DNA of 64,000 nucleotides from an uncultured cyanobacterium (GTDB lineage Bacteria; Cyanobacteriota; Cyanobacteriia; Cyanobacteriales; CAWCAG01): NCBI GenBank assembly GCA_963793425.1, contig CAWCAG010000009.1, positions 896,001 to 960,000 of the forward strand, read 5' to 3'. Shown piece by piece: positions 61,393 to 64,000 of this stretch (position 1 is its first letter; each line of letters starts with the position of its first letter). The notes under the pieces were generated by a model. It saw only the letters and a program-made list of their open reading frames with translations, ran no database searches and was not told where the DNA came from. The position numbers and the translations under genes were made by a program.

Positions 61393-61633
61393 AGATTTAT
61401 TTCTGGGGTGTTAATCCTAAACTGTGACGATAAGCCGCAAGTTGACCCGGACGGCCAATTTCTGTGGTTAACTGCTCCCAACCCTTCTCAATATTATGCC
61501 CAAATCAGGTTAACGATGACCATATCGACAAACAAACATAAAGAATTGCCAATAGTCAAGGGAAAATGACAGTTAAAGCATAATAATGAGAGTTGCCCTA
61601 GGCTAAACAAATTACCGCTAACCAAGAAAAATT

Positions 61634-62662
61634 ATGAGTAATACCCAGACGCGCAAAGCCGATCACTTGCGGATTTGTCTGGAAGAGGATGTACAGTTTC
61701 GCCGCCTCACCAATGGGTTAGAAAGCTATCGATTTATGCACGCTTGCTTACCGGAGTTAGATCGCAAAGATATTAAGCTCCAAACTAGTTTTTTGGGGAA
61801 AAATTTAGGTGCGCCTATACTAATTTCTTCCATGACAGGAGGAACAGAGCAAGCTAAAACCATTAACCATCGTTTAGCGGAAGTTGCTCAAGAATATAAA
61901 TTAGCTATGGGGGTAGGTTCCCAACGTATTGCTGTGGAAAAGCCCGAAGTTAGACATACCTTTGCTGTACGTTCTGTTGCCCCGGATATTCTCCTTCTCG
62001 CCAACCTGGGAGCGGTGCAACTTAACTATACTTACGGTATTAAGCAATGTTTACAGGTGGTGGAACTTCTGGAAGCTGATGCTTTGATTTTACATCTTAA
62101 TCCTCTTCAAGAGTGTATTCAAAGCAACGGTGATACAAATTTTTACGGGCTTCTTGACAAAATAGAGGTTTTGTGCAGGAGAATGCCAGTGCCAGTAATT
62201 GCCAAAGAGGTAGGAAATGGTATCTCTGCACCGATGGCACAACAGCTAATTAATATTGGAGTGAGTGCCATTGATGTGGCTGGGGCAGGGGGAACTTCTT
62301 GGGCTAAAGTAGAAAGTGAGCGGGCAGAAAATGCTTTGCAAAGGCGCTTAGGACAAACCTTTGCTGATTGGGGTTTACCCACTGCTGAATGTTTGGTAGA
62401 TATTCGTAGTCTTTTCCATCATGTTCCTCTCATTGCTTCCGGAGGATTGCGTAACGGCTTAGAAGTAGCGAAGGCGATCGCCCTAGGTGCGGATCTAGCG
62501 GGTTTGGCTTGGCCTTTTTTGCAAGCAGCAACTGATTCTCCAGAAGCTTTACAAGAATTGGTAAATCTCCTCATGGCAGAAATTACCACCGTTCTTTTTT
62601 GTACTGGCAACGCTAATGTAGCTGATTTACAAAACTCAAATTCTCTACAAAAGTTAGGATAG
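61634..62662 (+). CDS. fni: Type 2 isopentenyl-diphosphate delta-isomerase
   Basis: [41 protein letters not shown] and ASGGLRNG. Confidence 0.96.
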   Translation: MSNTQTRKADHLRICLEEDVQFRRLTNGLESYRFMHACLPELDRKDIKLQTSFLGKNLGAPILISSMTGGTEQAKTINHRLAEVAQEYKLAMGVGSQRIAVEKPEVRHTFAVRSVAPDILLLANLGAVQLNYTYGIKQCLQVVELLEADALILHLNPLQECIQSNGDTNFYGLLDKIEVLCRRMPVPVIAKEVGNGISAPMAQQLINIGVSAIDVAGAGGTSWAKVESERAENALQRRLGQTFADWGLPTAECLVDIRSLFHHVPLIASGGLRNGLEVAKAIALGADLAGLAWPFLQAATDSPEALQELVNLLMAEITTVLFCTGNANVADLQNSNSLQKLG

Positions 62663-62667
62663 GGTTA

Positions 62668-62770
62668 ATTGCTAATTGCTAGTTGCTAGTTGCTAGTTGC
62701 TAATAGGTAATGGGTAATAGATTGTTTTTTTCTCCCTAGCTCCCTAGCTCCCTAGCTCCCTAGCTCCCCA
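62668..62770. repeat. Short tandem repeats: GCTA(A/G)TT heptamers followed by CTCCCTAG octamers
   Basis: gctaatt gctagtt gctagtt gctagtt gctaata, then (ctccctag)x4, between fni and sppA. Confidence 0.7.
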
Positions 62771-62802
62771 TCTCCATAGCCCCCTACCTCCCCAACTTCC
62801 CT

Positions 62803-64000
62803 ATGAAACAGTTTCTTAAACAAACCTTTGCTAGTACAATCGGTACTTTTATTGCCCTATTTTTATTCATGGCTTTAGGTGCAACTGGGTTAATCGCCAT
62901 TTTAATCGCTGCTACCGTTGAAGAAGAAGGGCCGAAAGTTAAAGATGAGTCGGTTTTGGTGATGAGTCTTTCTTTGCCGATTCGAGATACTAATCCTCCT
63001 GCTAGTTTAGGAGAAGCCCTGGCTGGGGAAGAAAATAGTATGATTACCCTACGTCAGGTTCTTGATTCGTTGGAACAAGCCAAGGATGATGAGAGAATTG
63101 TCGGTTTGTTTTTGGATGGTAGCAACGAAGGTGACATCGCCACTGGCTACGCTACCCTTAAAGAGGTTAGGACTGCCCTGGAAGAATTCAAAGCCGCAGG
63201 AAAACCGATTATTGCTTATAACCTGGCTTGGGGAGAAAGAGACTATTACTTAGCCTCTATTGCTGATCAGGTGATAGTTAACCCCATGGGAGGGATGGAA
63301 ATTAATGGTTTAAGTTCTCAACAACTTTTTCTGGCTGGGGCTTTAGAGAAGTATGGAGTTGGGGTACAAGTAATTCGGGTGGGTAAATATAAATCAGCGG
63401 TAGAACCTTTTATTAACACTAGTTTCAGCCAAGAAAATCGTCAACAAACTCAAGATTTATTATGGGATCTTTGGGGAGAATTTCTGACTACAGTGGGTAA
63501 AAGCCGGGAATTACCACCCAAGCAACTTCAAACTATCGCGAGTACCAAGGGGTTGTTGTTACCAGAAGAAGCAAAATCCTCCGGCTTAGTAGATCAGTTA
63601 GCCTATTTTGATGAGGTAACTGATCAGCTTAAGGAATTAACGGGTATAGAAGAAGACGAAGATAAATCCTTCCGCCAAATCTCTTTGAGTACCTATGCCG
63701 AAGTGGTGGAAAGTAAGGGACGTTCTTCTCGTAATAAAATAGCTGTTGTTTATGCTGAAGGGGCTATTGTCAACGGAGAAGGGCAAACCCTAGAAGTTGG
63801 TAGCACTCGCTTTGTGGAGGAATTAAGGGAAATTCGTCGTGATGAAGATGTTAAAGCGGTAGTTTTGCGGGTTAATAGTCCTGGGGGAAGTGCCACCGCC
63901 TCAGAAATTATCTTGCGGGAGTTACAATTAATTCGGGAAGATAAGCCTGTGGTTGTTTCTATGGGAGATGTGGCTGCTTCAGGAGGTTATTGGATTTCTA
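62803..64000 (+). CDS. sppA: Signal peptide peptidase SppA (67-kDa type), partial; runs off the window end and is absent from the ORF track
   Basis: Manual translation from ATG 62803 gives MKQFLKQTFASTIG...AKDDERIVGLFL...FKAAGKPIIAY...YYLASIAD...RVGKYKSAVEPF...AVVLRVNSPGGSATAS...VVSMGDVAASGGYWIS. Confidence 0.93.
   Translation, partial: MKQFLKQTFASTIGTFIALFLFMALGATGLIAILIAATVEEEGPKVKDESVLVMSLSLPIRDTNPPASLGEALAGEENSMITLRQVLDSLEQAKDDERIVGLFLDGSNEGDIATGYATLKEVRTALEEFKAAGKPIIAYNLAWGERDYYLASIADQVIVNPMGGMEINGLSSQQLFLAGALEKYGVGVQVIRVGKYKSAVEPFINTSFSQENRQQTQDLLWDLWGEFLTTVGKSRELPPKQLQTIASTKGLLLPEEAKSSGLVDQLAYFDEVTDQLKELTGIEEDEDKSFRQISLSTYAEVVESKGRSSRNKIAVVYAEGAIVNGEGQTLEVGSTRFVEELREIRRDEDVKAVVLRVNSPGGSATASEIILRELQLIREDKPVVVSMGDVAASGGYWIS

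Overview
Cyanobacterial chromosome segment, judged from frequent HIP1 octamers (GCGATCGC), petBD, ctpA, ndhB, curT, a flavodiiron gene and heptamer STRR-type repeats. The backbone is housekeeping genes: gmd, petD/petB, ctpA, groEL2 with a perfect CIRCE, purB, queD-like, ndhB, topA, ruvC, yvcK, tRNA-Thr, mutL, flv1, fni and sppA. The most interesting accessory locus is a two-gene unit at 17677-24498 (-). It encodes a 1014-aa protein whose C-terminal third reads like a highly divergent, catalytically dead Argonaute MID-PIWI module, followed by a 1224-aa SF2 helicase with a possible N-terminal nuclease-like domain. This is a candidate undescribed guide-dependent defence system; the call is inferred from motifs read by eye, with no search run. 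Other accessory elements: an AbiA-like RT-HEPN gene beside a truncated PIN toxin pair, a 2608-aa metalloprotease-RTX protein, an NsiR1-like sRNA with a DIF1-like promoter, a ~300-bp internally deleted IS200/IS605 element keeping only the tnpB 3' end (omegaRNA region), and two dispersed repeat families. Several single-base frameshifts, one in essential petD, point to sequencing or assembly errors. No CRISPR array or rRNA was seen.
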